This document shows positions 9,334 to 18,683 of a DNA stretch of 64,000 nucleotides, one piece after another (within the stretch, counting starts at the first letter, position 1; every line of letters begins with the position of its first letter). The notes under the pieces were generated by a model that saw nothing but the letters and a program-made list of their open reading frames with translations, had not been told where the DNA came from and ran no database searches. Where the stretch lies: positions 1,007 to 65,006 of the forward strand of contig CAZYCX010000001.1 of NCBI GenBank assembly GCA_964645875.1, read 5' to 3'. This DNA is from an uncultured Acidimicrobiaceae bacterium (GTDB lineage Bacteria > Actinomycetota > Acidimicrobiia > Spongiisociales > ZC4RG35). The translations under genes were made by a program, and so were the position numbers.

Positions 9334-10152
9334 CTACCTGGAGCCGCCCTCGGACGGCTCGTCCATGCCGAGGATCGCACACATGGTGGAGGCGATCTGC
9401 GCCATCGCCGTCGCCGTCCCGGGGTCGAGGTCGCCACTCTCCACCTGGCGCATCGCCTTGTCGAGACGGCCGTAGATGCGGTTGAGACGGGCGGTGGCGT
9501 CGCGCCTCAGCTGCGCCCTCGCCTCCTGCGCTGCCTGGTACTTGTCCTCGAAGACGCGCTTGGGGTCGTGGGGATAGCAGTACCCGGAGGAGGTCAGTAT
9601 CGGCGACTCACAGCGTCGGCCGTCGCTGCGGACGGCGGGACACCCCGGCTCACTGGCCAGCGGGGGCAGCTCTCTGACCTCTTCCTCGCCGGTCGAGGCA
9701 ATGGCCCCCACGGGCTCTACGACCGGATCGGCGACGTCGGCGGTCTCCACGATTTCAGGCGCCGCATGGGCGTCTGGCTCGACCGGAGCCGGGACCTCGG
9801 TCGACCGCTCGATGGTGACCGTCTCTTGGGCGTCTTCCGGACCGTTCCAGATGCGGTCGAACATCGAGCGGAAGGTGGACTTTCTCCGGGAGCGACCGGA
9901 GACGCTCTCGATGGTGGGCACCCCGGAGTAGGCGAAGGCGATGGTGTCGTCGGCCATGAACTGGAGTAGTTCGCCGGCCACGGTGAGTGAGAAGACGTCG
10001 CCATTCCTCTCGACGTCGACGACCTCCAACGGCCAAGCCCCGAGACCTCCTCCGTCTGCCTCCACGGCGAGATGGTGTGCGGCCACGTCGAGGTCGACCC
10101 GCAGACCGGGGCCCGGATCGTCCGGCAGGAGCAGCTGTCCTTTGAATCTCAT
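9334..10152 (-). CDS. hypothetical protein (small N-terminal beta domain, acidic linker, Cys/His cluster, C-terminal helical region)
   Basis: Start set at ATG 10152 with GGAGGTG 6 nt upstream. The longer track ORF (to 10404) would overlap the SulP gene end. MRFKGQLLLPDDPGPGLRVDLDV...; cluster CPAVRSDGRRCESPILTSSGYCYPH. No family recognised. Confidence 0.6.
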   Translation of the reverse strand: MRFKGQLLLPDDPGPGLRVDLDVAAHHLAVEADGGGLGAWPLEVVDVERNGDVFSLTVAGELLQFMADDTIAFAYSGVPTIESVSGRSRRKSTFRSMFDRIWNGPEDAQETVTIERSTEVPAPVEPDAHAAPEIVETADVADPVVEPVGAIASTGEEEVRELPPLASEPGCPAVRSDGRRCESPILTSSGYCYPHDPKRVFEDKYQAAQEARAQLRRDATARLNRIYGRLDKAMRQVESGDLDPGTATAMAQIASTMCAILGMDEPSEGGSR

Positions 10153-10216
10153 ATCAGACACCTCCGAATTGATTCGGCAGATGAGCCGGAAATCTTGAGC
10201 GTGAGTTCGACCGGTA

Positions 10217-12388
10217 TCAGTCCTGGAGGGCCCGGATCGCCCGGTTGGCGTGGCCCACCCTGCCGGCGAGGATCCGGGCCACGAACTGGTGCAGCTCCGC
10301 GGCCACCTCAGAGTCGGTACGGCGCAGCTCGTCGAAGCTCTCCGGGGTGAGGTGGAGCACGTCGCAGTCGGTGTCGGCGACCACGGTGGCGGTGCAGGGC
10401 TCATCCCGGTACAGGCTGATCTCCCCGAGCACCGTCCCGCCCAACAGGGTGCGCAGTCTGACGCCGTTCCCGTCTGCTCTCTCGAGGAGCACGGTTGCCC
10501 GCCCCGATGAGATGAGGTAGATCCCCGGGCTCGGATCGCCCTGACGCATCATCAGCTCCCCCGCCGGGATCGTCCGACGCACCAGGTAGGGGGAGAGGTC
10601 ACGGCCCAGGTCCTCGGGGAGCAAGGAGACGGAGCCGGGGACCGGGTCCGCAGACTCCAAGAGACGGTCCTCGCACCAGGCCGTCCCGTGATCGAGGTCG
10701 GCCTCGACGACGATCGTCCCCCGGTAGCGGGAGACCAGGTCGTCGAACTGGGCCCGTTGCTCCGCGTCCATGCCGGTTAGGACCAGGACGTCGGCCCGAT
10801 CCCTGACCACGAGGGCGATCCGCTCGAAGATGGCTACCGCCGATGAGTCGACTCCGGTGACCCGCCGGAAGTCACAGAGGACGAATCGGAGAGCGGATGA
10901 CCGCTCGAGATGGTCTCGGACGTGGCTGACGATCCGGCTGGCGGTGCCGAAGAAGATGTACCCCTGAAGCTCGAGGATGAACGTTGCCTCCCCGTGATCC
11001 CGCAGATAGTCGGCTTCGGCCTCAGCCCGTTCGATGTTGCTCTGATGATCCCGTCCGGTGAGGGAGTGCTTGACCACGTCGATGCGGCTGTACCGCACCA
11101 CGAACAGGATGACCGCGGCGACCAGGCCGACACCCACTCCGGGCAGGAATCCGATGATGGCGATGACCACGACGATGACCAGCATCAGGAGATAGTCAGG
11201 ACCGGTCATCCGCCGGCGCGAGGCCCAGATCCACTCGTAGAGGAACTCGGCTCCGACGAACAGCAGCATCCCGCCCACGACGAACCGGGGGACCACCTCG
11301 AGCACGAAACCACCGAGAACCACCACGGCCAGCATCAGCAGCGGAGCCAGCACCGCCGGGCCCCGGCGCCTCCCCACCAGCCTCGCCGTGATCACCGTGT
11401 CGGCGAGGTACATGTAGCCGGGGACACCACCGAATCCGGCCGTGGCGACGTTGGCCCAACCAGTCCCGCGCAACTCCCGGTTGATGTCGATGTCGGTCCG
11501 GGTCTCGATCTCGAGAGCACTGATATAGAGGAGGAGTGACACCGGGGCGATCACGAGGATCGTCACCAGGCTCAGTGCCTCCCCGGCGATGAGACCCCAG
11601 TCGGCGCGGGCGAGAGACCCAAAGATCGTCCCCGGCCACAGCGTGCCCTCCGCGAACGGGCCGAGCAGCCATCCCCGATCCATGGCGCCGGCCCGGTCTA
11701 CGCCAGCCAGTGGTGTCAACAGGTGAAAGCCGAGCACGGCAACCACGAGGAAGATCAGATAGGCGCGGGAGGTGAATCCCTTTCGGGTGACGAAGAAGAA
11801 GAGCACCGCCAACGCCAGGCCGGGCCAGAACGTGCCCAGCGTCTCGCCGGCGACCAGGTCGGACAGGGTCCGGATGCCCATGATCGACGATCCGCCGGTG
11901 ATGATCAGATACCCGGTGCCTGCGAGGAGACCGCCGATCACCGGGAAGGGGACGAACCGGGCGACATCTCCCAGGCCGAGATACCCCATCGCCAGGAAGA
12001 CCAGCCCGGTGACCAGTGATGTCGCCACGATCATCGCCACCACCGTGTCGAAGGCGGCCGCCCCGGCGAGAACCGCGCCGATCGATACCGCGCTCAGACC
12101 GATGATCGCAGAGGGAGCATCCTGGATCCCGGCGTATTCGCCGCGGAAGCTGCTGCTCAGGGCGATCACCATCGCCACGACCGCCGAGCCCACCAAGCCG
12201 AAGCCGATGCCCTGGGGCAGGAAGACGACCAGGTCACCGCGGAAGACCAGTGAGACGAGGGCGACGGTCAGCAGCACGTTGACCATCGCCAGGATCAGGC
12301 CGGTCACCATGGTGGAGGCCAGCGAGCCTGCGGTGAAATCCGCCTTCAGGTCGCTGAGGACCGTTGCTTGTCGGCGATCTCCCCGCAT
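10217..12388 (-). CDS. SulP-family anion transporter fused to STAS and cyclic-nucleotide-binding (CAP_ED) domains
   Basis: Start moved to ATG 12388 (MRGDRRQATVLSDLKADFTAGSL...), because the track extension to 12490 covers an intergenic repeat. The SulP membrane core is followed by a STAS-like region (ATFILELQGYIFFGTA...FVLCDFRRVTGVDSSA). The cNMP-binding module follows (MMRQGDPSPGIYLISSGRATVLL...GTVLGEISLYRDEPCTATVVA). Confidence 0.85.
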   Translation of the reverse strand: MRGDRRQATVLSDLKADFTAGSLASTMVTGLILAMVNVLLTVALVSLVFRGDLVVFLPQGIGFGLVGSAVVAMVIALSSSFRGEYAGIQDAPSAIIGLSAVSIGAVLAGAAAFDTVVAMIVATSLVTGLVFLAMGYLGLGDVARFVPFPVIGGLLAGTGYLIITGGSSIMGIRTLSDLVAGETLGTFWPGLALAVLFFFVTRKGFTSRAYLIFLVVAVLGFHLLTPLAGVDRAGAMDRGWLLGPFAEGTLWPGTIFGSLARADWGLIAGEALSLVTILVIAPVSLLLYISALEIETRTDIDINRELRGTGWANVATAGFGGVPGYMYLADTVITARLVGRRRGPAVLAPLLMLAVVVLGGFVLEVVPRFVVGGMLLFVGAEFLYEWIWASRRRMTGPDYLLMLVIVVVIAIIGFLPGVGVGLVAAVILFVVRYSRIDVVKHSLTGRDHQSNIERAEAEADYLRDHGEATFILELQGYIFFGTASRIVSHVRDHLERSSALRFVLCDFRRVTGVDSSAVAIFERIALVVRDRADVLVLTGMDAEQRAQFDDLVSRYRGTIVVEADLDHGTAWCEDRLLESADPVPGSVSLLPEDLGRDLSPYLVRRTIPAGELMMRQGDPSPGIYLISSGRATVLLERADGNGVRLRTLLGGTVLGEISLYRDEPCTATVVADTDCDVLHLTPESFDELRRTDSEVAAELHQFVARILAGRVGHANRAIRALQD

Positions 12389-12452
12389 GACGGCGGAGTA
12401 TGGCAGCGGTGGCCAGGACCGGACCCGGCAGGTTCCGGGCGTCTCCGACACA

Positions 12453-12520
12453 TTCTCAGGGCGCTGGACTCCGCTGAGCGGGGCTGGCAACCCTGGGTTC
12501 GAGTGTGCGCGGGGAGTCGG
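12453..12520. repeat. copy A of a ~65-nt intergenic repeat abutting the stop codon of a minus-strand gene
   Basis: TTCTCAGGGCGCTGGACTCCGCTGAGCGGGGCTGGCAACCCTGGGTTCGAGTGTGCGCGGGGAGTCGG aligns with 35145-35208. The first 16 nt are identical, and the shared core is GCGGGGC..GCAACCC(T/A)GGGTTCG. Both copies end directly at the TCA (reverse-strand stop) of the neighbouring gene. Confidence 0.8.
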
Positions 12521-14146
12521 TCAGTGGCCGAAGGCCTCCTCGAGCCACCACGACGCCTGCGGGGTCACCTTGGCGTCGATCAGGAGAGGTTGAGACCGAT
12601 CCCCGTCGACCCACTCGGCCACCGAGTCGAGATCGGGGCGGTCCCGCACCGTGACCGCCTCGAAGCCGAAGCCGCGGGCGATAGAGGCGATGTCGGTCGG
12701 GGGAAACTCCACGAGATCGAGGTCATGCCCATCGGGCCCGAAGTGGTGCACCTCCGCCCCGTAGGCGTCGTCGTTGTAGACGACGACCACCATGGGCAGG
12801 CCGAGACGCACCACCGTCTCCAACTCGGCAATCGACATGAGACCACCACCATCACCCAGAGCCGCCACCGCGAGCCGGTCGGGTTGCGCCAGCGCGGAGC
12901 CGATCGCCGTCGCCAGGCCAAGTCCAATCGACTGGAACGCCTGAGTGAAACAGAACCCCCACTCGTCGGGCACCGACAGATACATGCTCGGGTAGCCCAT
13001 GAAGTTCCCGGAGTCCACACTCACCACCCGGTCGGCGGGGAGGAGGTCGTCGAGAGCGATGGAAAGGGTGCGGGCGTCGATCCGCTCGCCGGTGCCGTTG
13101 TCTTCGTAGGGGACGTCCCGCCAGCGGATCTCGTCTGCGATGCGGCCGCGGAGCTCTTCCGAGCGGTATCCGGGAGAGGGCTCGCCCATGCGATCGAGGG
13201 CCAGTTCGGCTGTGACCCGCACGTCTCCGACGACGCCTTCGGCTCCGGGCCGATGGGCTCCGATGGCGTCGGGGTCGTCGTCCACCTGGACCACCCGGGT
13301 CTCCGCTCCGATGAGGCGACCGTGACGCATGGTCCACATGTTGAGCGCACAACCCCATCCGACGATGAGATCTGCTCCCTGGATCAGCTCGGCGGCCAGC
13401 GGTGATGAGAAGCCTCCGGAGACGTCGAGATACCAGTCGTTGCCGTTGAACAGCCCCTTGGCCACCGCCGATGTCGCCAGCAGGGCGCCGGTGGCCGAGG
13501 CCAGCTTCTCGAGGGCGCTTCGACAACCCGGGCCACGGGAGCCCCGCCCGGCCACGAACACCGGTCGGGTCGATGCGGTCAGGGCGTCCACCAGCAGGGT
13601 CAGGTCGTCATCGGAAGGGGCAACGGGATCCCCAACGACCTCAGGGGGCAAGGTGAGGTCATCCACTTCCTCGCTCTGGACGTCGAGGGGAAGGTTGAGG
13701 ACGACCGTGCGGCGATCGCGCCGGGCGACGTCAACGGCCGATGCTGCGTCGGTGACGGCCGAGGAGCCCGAGCCCACCCGCATCGGGACCGCACCCACAG
13801 ACCGGGCGAGCATGTCCTGGTCGACGTAGAAGTTGGATCTCGGCTGGGACGCCTGGGCGGCGACCACGAGGAGAGGAGTTCGGCTCTTCGCCGCCTCGGT
13901 GATGCCAGTCATTGCGTTGGTCAACCCGCATCCCTGATGGACGCTGAGCGCGCCCACCTCGCCACTCATCCGGGCGTAGGCATCGGCCATCGTGGCGGCA
14001 CCGCCCTCGTGGCGGGAGGCGACGAACCGGGCGCCGGCGTCGACCATGGCGTTGGTGACGTGGAAGTTGCCCGACCCGACCACGCCGAACACCTGCCGCA
14101 CTCCTCGCTCGACGAGGGTGCGGCCCACCGCCTCGGATACGTCCAT
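12521..14146 (-). CDS. thiamine-diphosphate-dependent enzyme (acetolactate synthase / benzoylformate decarboxylase superfamily)
   Basis: Track ORF runs to 14506. Start set at ATG 14146, a TGATG junction with the upstream cyclase stop. MDVSEAVGRTLVERGVRQVFGVVGSGNFHVTNAM...; ThDP motif ALGDGGGLMSIAELETVVRLGLPMVVVVYNDDAYG. Confidence 0.85.
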   Translation of the reverse strand: MDVSEAVGRTLVERGVRQVFGVVGSGNFHVTNAMVDAGARFVASRHEGGAATMADAYARMSGEVGALSVHQGCGLTNAMTGITEAAKSRTPLLVVAAQASQPRSNFYVDQDMLARSVGAVPMRVGSGSSAVTDAASAVDVARRDRRTVVLNLPLDVQSEEVDDLTLPPEVVGDPVAPSDDDLTLLVDALTASTRPVFVAGRGSRGPGCRSALEKLASATGALLATSAVAKGLFNGNDWYLDVSGGFSSPLAAELIQGADLIVGWGCALNMWTMRHGRLIGAETRVVQVDDDPDAIGAHRPGAEGVVGDVRVTAELALDRMGEPSPGYRSEELRGRIADEIRWRDVPYEDNGTGERIDARTLSIALDDLLPADRVVSVDSGNFMGYPSMYLSVPDEWGFCFTQAFQSIGLGLATAIGSALAQPDRLAVAALGDGGGLMSIAELETVVRLGLPMVVVVYNDDAYGAEVHHFGPDGHDLDLVEFPPTDIASIARGFGFEAVTVRDRPDLDSVAEWVDGDRSQPLLIDAKVTPQASWWLEEAFGH

Positions 14147-14916
14147 CAGCGATCGACGAGCGCGAGCACCCGCACCGGCGATCCGGAGCCGGTCGAGATC
14201 TTGAGTGGTGAGGCGATCACCACCGAGCCGGTCAGGGGCAGCTCGTCGAGGTTCTGCAGCTGGGCCAGCCCGTACTTCCCTGCCCCGAGGAAGAAGGCGT
14301 GGCAGGGGAACGGCGGATCGAACGAGTGAGCCGCACCCGCATCCGTCCCGATGGTCTCGACTCCGATGCCCTGCAGCGTCGATTCTTCGGCGACCCAGCG
14401 AGCGCAGTCCACCGACATCCCCGGGCTGGTGGGGCCGGTCTCGGTGTTGTTGATCATCTCCTCCTGGGTGGTGCGCGAAGACCATCCGGTGCGGCACAGC
14501 AGCCATCCGCCTTCGGGGAAGGGCCCATGATCGGCCTGGAAAGCGTCGAGGTGCTCCTTCTCGATCAGGAAATTGGGGTCCTGAGCCACCTCGTCGGTCA
14601 CGTCCATGACCACAGCCGGCGCCACGAACGCGGAGACCGGCACCGAGGCGATGTCGGGCTGGTCCCTACCGGTGATCCAGTGGATCGGGGCATCGAAGTG
14701 AGTACCGGTGTGCTCGCCGGTGTGGAAGTTGTTCCAGTACCAGGCCGGGCCCCGGTCGTCGTACTTGCTGATCTCCTCCAACTGGAATTGCGCGGTCTGG
14801 CCGAACTCGGGGGGAAGCTCGAGCAGCGGGGTCTCACTCGACAATGGAGCGGTGAGGTCGATCACCTCCACCGAACCCGACGAGAGAGCGTCGATCAGAT
14901 TGGCGAGCACGGCCAT
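14146..14916 (-). CDS. cyclase-family protein (kynurenine/aryl formamidase-like fold)
   Basis: 256 aa. Signature FHTGEHTGTHFDAPIHW, the HxGTHxDxPxH motif of the putative-cyclase / KynB family. Confidence 0.8.
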   Translation of the reverse strand: MAVLANLIDALSSGSVEVIDLTAPLSSETPLLELPPEFGQTAQFQLEEISKYDDRGPAWYWNNFHTGEHTGTHFDAPIHWITGRDQPDIASVPVSAFVAPAVVMDVTDEVAQDPNFLIEKEHLDAFQADHGPFPEGGWLLCRTGWSSRTTQEEMINNTETGPTSPGMSVDCARWVAEESTLQGIGVETIGTDAGAAHSFDPPFPCHAFFLGAGKYGLAQLQNLDELPLTGSVVIASPLKISTGSGSPVRVLALVDR

Positions 14917-14955
14917 TTTCGTTCCTCCTTGGTGTCTATCGTTTGTTCGACTCGT

Positions 14956-16596
14956 TCAAAGACTCGCATCCTCACTCTGGCGGAGCCGGTATCGCTGCAC
15001 CTTCCCGGTCTGGGTCTTGGGCAGGGCAGAGATGAACTCGACCTGTCGCGGATACTTGTAGGGGGCGATGTCGGCTTTGACGAAGCTCTGCAGTTCGGAG
15101 GCGAGGCTCTCACTGGAGTCAGCCTCGGGGCGGAGGACGACGAAAGCCTTCACCAACTCAGTTCTCAGTTCGTCGCGAACGCCGATGACCGCGCACTCGG
15201 CGACCGCCGGATGCTTGAGCAGCGACGCCTCCACTTCGGGGCCGGCGATGTTGTACCCCGACGAGATGATCATGTCATCGGCTCGGGCCTGGTACCAGAA
15301 ATACCCGTCGTCATCCCGGATGTAGGTGTCGCCCGTCAGATTCCAGCCCCGCTTCACGTATTCGGTCTGGCGTTGATCGTTGAGATAGCGACAGCCGGTA
15401 GGGGCCTGGACGGCGAGCAAACCGATCTCCCCGCTGGCCACCGGGTTCACCTCTTCGTCGACCACCTGGGCTTTCACATCGAGCAGAGGGCGTCCCGTCG
15501 CTCCAGGGCGGATGTCGCCTCCGGACGCGGAGATGAAGATGTGGAGCAGCTCGGTCGCTCCGATCCCGTCTATGAGCTCGATCCCCATCTCCTCCTTGAA
15601 CTGGTCCCAGGTTGGTTTGGGCAGGGTTTCGCCGGCGGAGACCCCAGCTCGGAGCGAGGAGAGATCGAATCGGTCTTTGGCGCCCATCATCGCCCGGTAG
15701 GCGGTGGGTGCAGTGAAACAAACGGTGGGCTCATGATCCTCGATCGCCGCCAGGAACTCGTCCCCCGACCTCTCGGTCAGCACCGCCGAGGCCCCGACCC
15801 GCATAGGAAAGACAACGAGACCGCCGAGACCGAACGTGAAGGCGAGCGGGGGGCTACCGCAGAAGACGTCGTCGGATCGTGGCTGCAGCACCGGGTTGAA
15901 CATCTCCGCTATCGCCAGCATGTCGCGGTGGAAGTGCATGGTGCACTTGGGCTCACCGGTGGTGCCCGATGTGAAGGCGAGCAGGGCCACGTCATCGGCC
16001 GCTGTGTCCGCGGGAGTGAAGCGACCCTTCTTCGACCTGGCGCGCACCAGGAGGTCTTCGCTGCTTCCGTCGCCCCATGGGATCACCGTCACGTCCCCGG
16101 TCAGACCCTCCATCTCCCCCGTGAGACGCGCATCGCATAGGGCGAGCGAGATCTCGGCCTTGTCGATGGTCTGCTGGATCTCGAAGGTGCGGAGCAACGG
16201 CATGGTGGTGACCACCACCCCCCCGGCTCGCACCACTGCGAACCATGCAGCCACGGCCCAGGGATGGTTGAAGCAGCGAAGCAGTACGCGGTTACCGGGT
16301 TGCAGGCCGAGGTCCTCGACGAGGACGTTGCCGATCTTGTCGGACCAGTCGGCCAACTCCCCGTAGGTCAGCGAGACCGAACCGTCGGCGGCGACCATGC
16401 AGGGTCGGTCTCCCCAGGACCGATCGATCCCCTCGTCGAGCAGGGCCACCCCGGCGTTGAGCTGTCCGGGATAGGCGAGCTCCGGGGCGTCCCAGTGCAT
16501 CTTCGGCCACTGCGATGTCGGAGGGAGCCCCTGTTGGCAGAACGGGTCGACGTGGGCGCTGCGCCCCGTCGGACCCGGGATCGACCGCGTCGTCAA
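14956..16596 (-). CDS. aryl-CoA ligase of the benzoate / 2-aminobenzoate-CoA ligase type (AMP-forming)
   Basis: Track ORF 14956..17805 is a fusion artefact whose upper part is antisense to the AKR gene. Start set at TTG 16596 with AAAGGA 8 nt upstream. This gives MTTRSIPGPTGRSAHVDPFCQQGLPPTSQWPKMHWDAPELAYPGQLNAG, an N-terminus I associate with benzoate/anthranilate-CoA ligases. AMP-binding motifs: LAFTSGTTGEPKC, GDTYIRDDDGYFWYQARADDMIISSGYNI, PKTQTGKVQR. Confidence 0.8.
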   Translation of the reverse strand: MTTRSIPGPTGRSAHVDPFCQQGLPPTSQWPKMHWDAPELAYPGQLNAGVALLDEGIDRSWGDRPCMVAADGSVSLTYGELADWSDKIGNVLVEDLGLQPGNRVLLRCFNHPWAVAAWFAVVRAGGVVVTTMPLLRTFEIQQTIDKAEISLALCDARLTGEMEGLTGDVTVIPWGDGSSEDLLVRARSKKGRFTPADTAADDVALLAFTSGTTGEPKCTMHFHRDMLAIAEMFNPVLQPRSDDVFCGSPPLAFTFGLGGLVVFPMRVGASAVLTERSGDEFLAAIEDHEPTVCFTAPTAYRAMMGAKDRFDLSSLRAGVSAGETLPKPTWDQFKEEMGIELIDGIGATELLHIFISASGGDIRPGATGRPLLDVKAQVVDEEVNPVASGEIGLLAVQAPTGCRYLNDQRQTEYVKRGWNLTGDTYIRDDDGYFWYQARADDMIISSGYNIAGPEVEASLLKHPAVAECAVIGVRDELRTELVKAFVVLRPEADSSESLASELQSFVKADIAPYKYPRQVEFISALPKTQTGKVQRYRLRQSEDASL

Positions 16597-16698
16597 GCTG
16601 GTGGTCCTTTCTCGGTCCGGCAGAGAAGTCACGCTAGTAACGACGACCCCCGCCACGCCCTCTACACCTAGGGTGTTGCCGACATGGAGGCTGGAGCT

Positions 16699-17688
16699 AT
16701 GGAGTATCGCTACCTGGGTCAAACCGGTCTGGCCGTGTCCGGCTTCGGAATGGGTTGCGGTAACTTCGGCGGCATCGGCAGTTCTCCGGAGTTCTTCGGT
16801 GAGGGAGAGTCGGAAGAGGAGGCCTACGTTCTCCTCGACCGGGCCGTCGAGTTGGGAATCAACTATCTCGACACCGCCAACGCCTACGGCGGTGGACGCA
16901 GTGAGGAGACCATCGGCAAGTGGCTGGCGACCAAGGACCAGTCGGTCAGGGAGAATCTCCTCATCAGCTCCAAGGTGGCCAACCCGGTTGGCGACGACCT
17001 CAACCAACGCGGTCTCTCCCGTCGTCACATCCTCGACCAGATCGACGCCAGTCTCCGCCGTCTCGGTGTGGACCACCTCGACATGTACCTCGTCCATCAG
17101 CCCGATCCCACCACTCCACTCGAGGAGACGCTCGACACCCTCGACACCCTCGTCGTGGCGGGCAAGGTCCGATACATCGGGGCTTCCAACTACCCCGCCT
17201 GGCTGACCACCAAGTCCCTTTGGTTGAGCGACGTGATGGGCGGCCACAGGTTCGAGTGGGTCCAGAACTCGTTCAACCTGATCGACCAGGAGGACCAGAC
17301 GGATGTGCTCGAGCTCTGCCGGGACCAGGGGCTCGGATTCACCAACTTCAGCCCCCTGTGCGGGGGACTGCTGACCGGCAAGTACCGGCCCGAGGACGAG
17401 TACCCGGAGGGATCGAGGATGACGAAGCGGCCCGAGCCGTATCTGAGACACTGGGATGAACAGACTTTCGCCGCCATCGACCGGCTCGGGGAGGTCGCAT
17501 CCGAGATGGGGGTCAGCACGGCGGGGCTGGCCCTGGGCTGGCTCTACCGTCACCCCGATGTGACCTCGTCGATCGTGGGGCCGCGTCGCCTCTCCCACTT
17601 CGATCCCGTCGAAGAAGCGATGACGATGGAGCTCACCGAGCCGGATTGGGATCACGTTGGGGGGCTCTTCCGGGAAGGCTCTGCCTGA
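16699..17688 (+). CDS. aldo/keto reductase
   Basis: MEYRYLGQTGLAVSGFGMGCGNFGG...LDTANAYGGGRSEETIGKWL. Second ATG chosen (GGAGG 7 nt upstream); ATG 16684 is possible. Confidence 0.85.
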   Translation: MEYRYLGQTGLAVSGFGMGCGNFGGIGSSPEFFGEGESEEEAYVLLDRAVELGINYLDTANAYGGGRSEETIGKWLATKDQSVRENLLISSKVANPVGDDLNQRGLSRRHILDQIDASLRRLGVDHLDMYLVHQPDPTTPLEETLDTLDTLVVAGKVRYIGASNYPAWLTTKSLWLSDVMGGHRFEWVQNSFNLIDQEDQTDVLELCRDQGLGFTNFSPLCGGLLTGKYRPEDEYPEGSRMTKRPEPYLRHWDEQTFAAIDRLGEVASEMGVSTAGLALGWLYRHPDVTSSIVGPRRLSHFDPVEEAMTMELTEPDWDHVGGLFREGSA

Positions 17689-18683
17689 TGGCCACCCTCT
17701 TCGTCGGCCAGGACGACGTGGGCGAGCTCCTGCCGATGTCAGACTGCATCGACGTGGTCGGCGAGGCTCTGGCCGCCCTCGCCCGCGGCCAAGGCATGCA
17801 GCCACTACGGCCGGTGATGTGGCTCCCCGACAAGGTAGGTGCCCTGGGGATGATGCCCGCCTATCTGGGCCCGATCGAAACGATGGGTATCAAGACCGTC
17901 ACCGTCTTCCCAGGAAACGCCGGCACCGAATACGACTCCCACCAGGGGACGGTGATGCTCTTCGACGCCGGCAACGGCCGTCTGAAGGCGGTTCTCGACG
18001 CCACCGAGATCACCGCCACCCGCACCGCGGCCGCTTCGGCGGTGGCCACCGAGCATCTGGCCAGACGCGATGCCTCGGTCCTCGCCATCCTCGGATCCGG
18101 GGTACAAGGAGCAGCTCATGTCCGTGCCATCCCCCTGGTCAGGATGATCTCCGAGATACGGGTGTGGTCCAGAAATCCCGACCATGCCCGTCGGCTGGTC
18201 GGCGCGACCGACGACGAGACCGACATCCACGTCGCGGCCTCGGTGGCCGAGGCCGTTGCCGGCGCCGACGTCATCTGCACCACCACCGCCTCGCCCGAGC
18301 CGATCGTGACAGGGGACATGCTCCAGCCCGGGATGCACATCAACGCAGTCGGGTCGAGTGTTCCCTTCGCCCGCGAGCTGGACAGCGACGCCATGGCGAG
18401 ATCGCGGATCTTCGTCGACCGACGCGAGTCGACCGTCAACGAGTCCGGGGACTTCCTGATGGCCCGAGCCGACAGCGCCGTCGACGAGGACGACCTGATC
18501 GCCGAACTGGGTGAGGTGATCGTCGGGTCACATCCCGGGCGGGAGTCGGAGAGCGACATCACCACCTTCGTCTCGTTGGGCCTGGGCGTGGAGGACATCG
18601 CCACCGCCGACCTGGTCTACCGAAGGGCGATGGAGGCCGGGAAAGGAGTCAGCATGGAGTTCGGAGGCAGCCGACGTGGCTGA
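17688..18683 (+). CDS. ornithine cyclodeaminase / mu-crystallin family protein
   Basis: ATG 17688 overlaps the AKR stop (TGATG). MATLFVGQDDVGELLPMSDCIDVVGEALAALARG...GIKTVTVFPGN...TRTAAASAVATEHLAR...LAILGSGVQG (Rossmann motif). Typical OCD/CRYM layout. Confidence 0.8.
   Translation: MATLFVGQDDVGELLPMSDCIDVVGEALAALARGQGMQPLRPVMWLPDKVGALGMMPAYLGPIETMGIKTVTVFPGNAGTEYDSHQGTVMLFDAGNGRLKAVLDATEITATRTAAASAVATEHLARRDASVLAILGSGVQGAAHVRAIPLVRMISEIRVWSRNPDHARRLVGATDDETDIHVAASVAEAVAGADVICTTTASPEPIVTGDMLQPGMHINAVGSSVPFARELDSDAMARSRIFVDRRESTVNESGDFLMARADSAVDEDDLIAELGEVIVGSHPGRESESDITTFVSLGLGVEDIATADLVYRRAMEAGKGVSMEFGGSRRG

Noticed and set aside
12389-12490. 34-codon N-terminal extension of the SulP gene given in the track
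   Set aside because: The extension covers the intergenic repeat (copy A) that recurs non-codingly at 35145-35208. The SulP-like sequence begins after ATG 12388.
16597-17805. Upper ~400 codons of the 949-aa track ORF 14956..17805 (-)
   Set aside because: This part is antisense to a convincing aldo/keto reductase and the start of the OCD gene. Its translation is Arg/Gly/Pro-rich with no motif. The ligase homology begins at SAHVDPF, just after a TTG with an SD. It is a high-GC shadow ORF.
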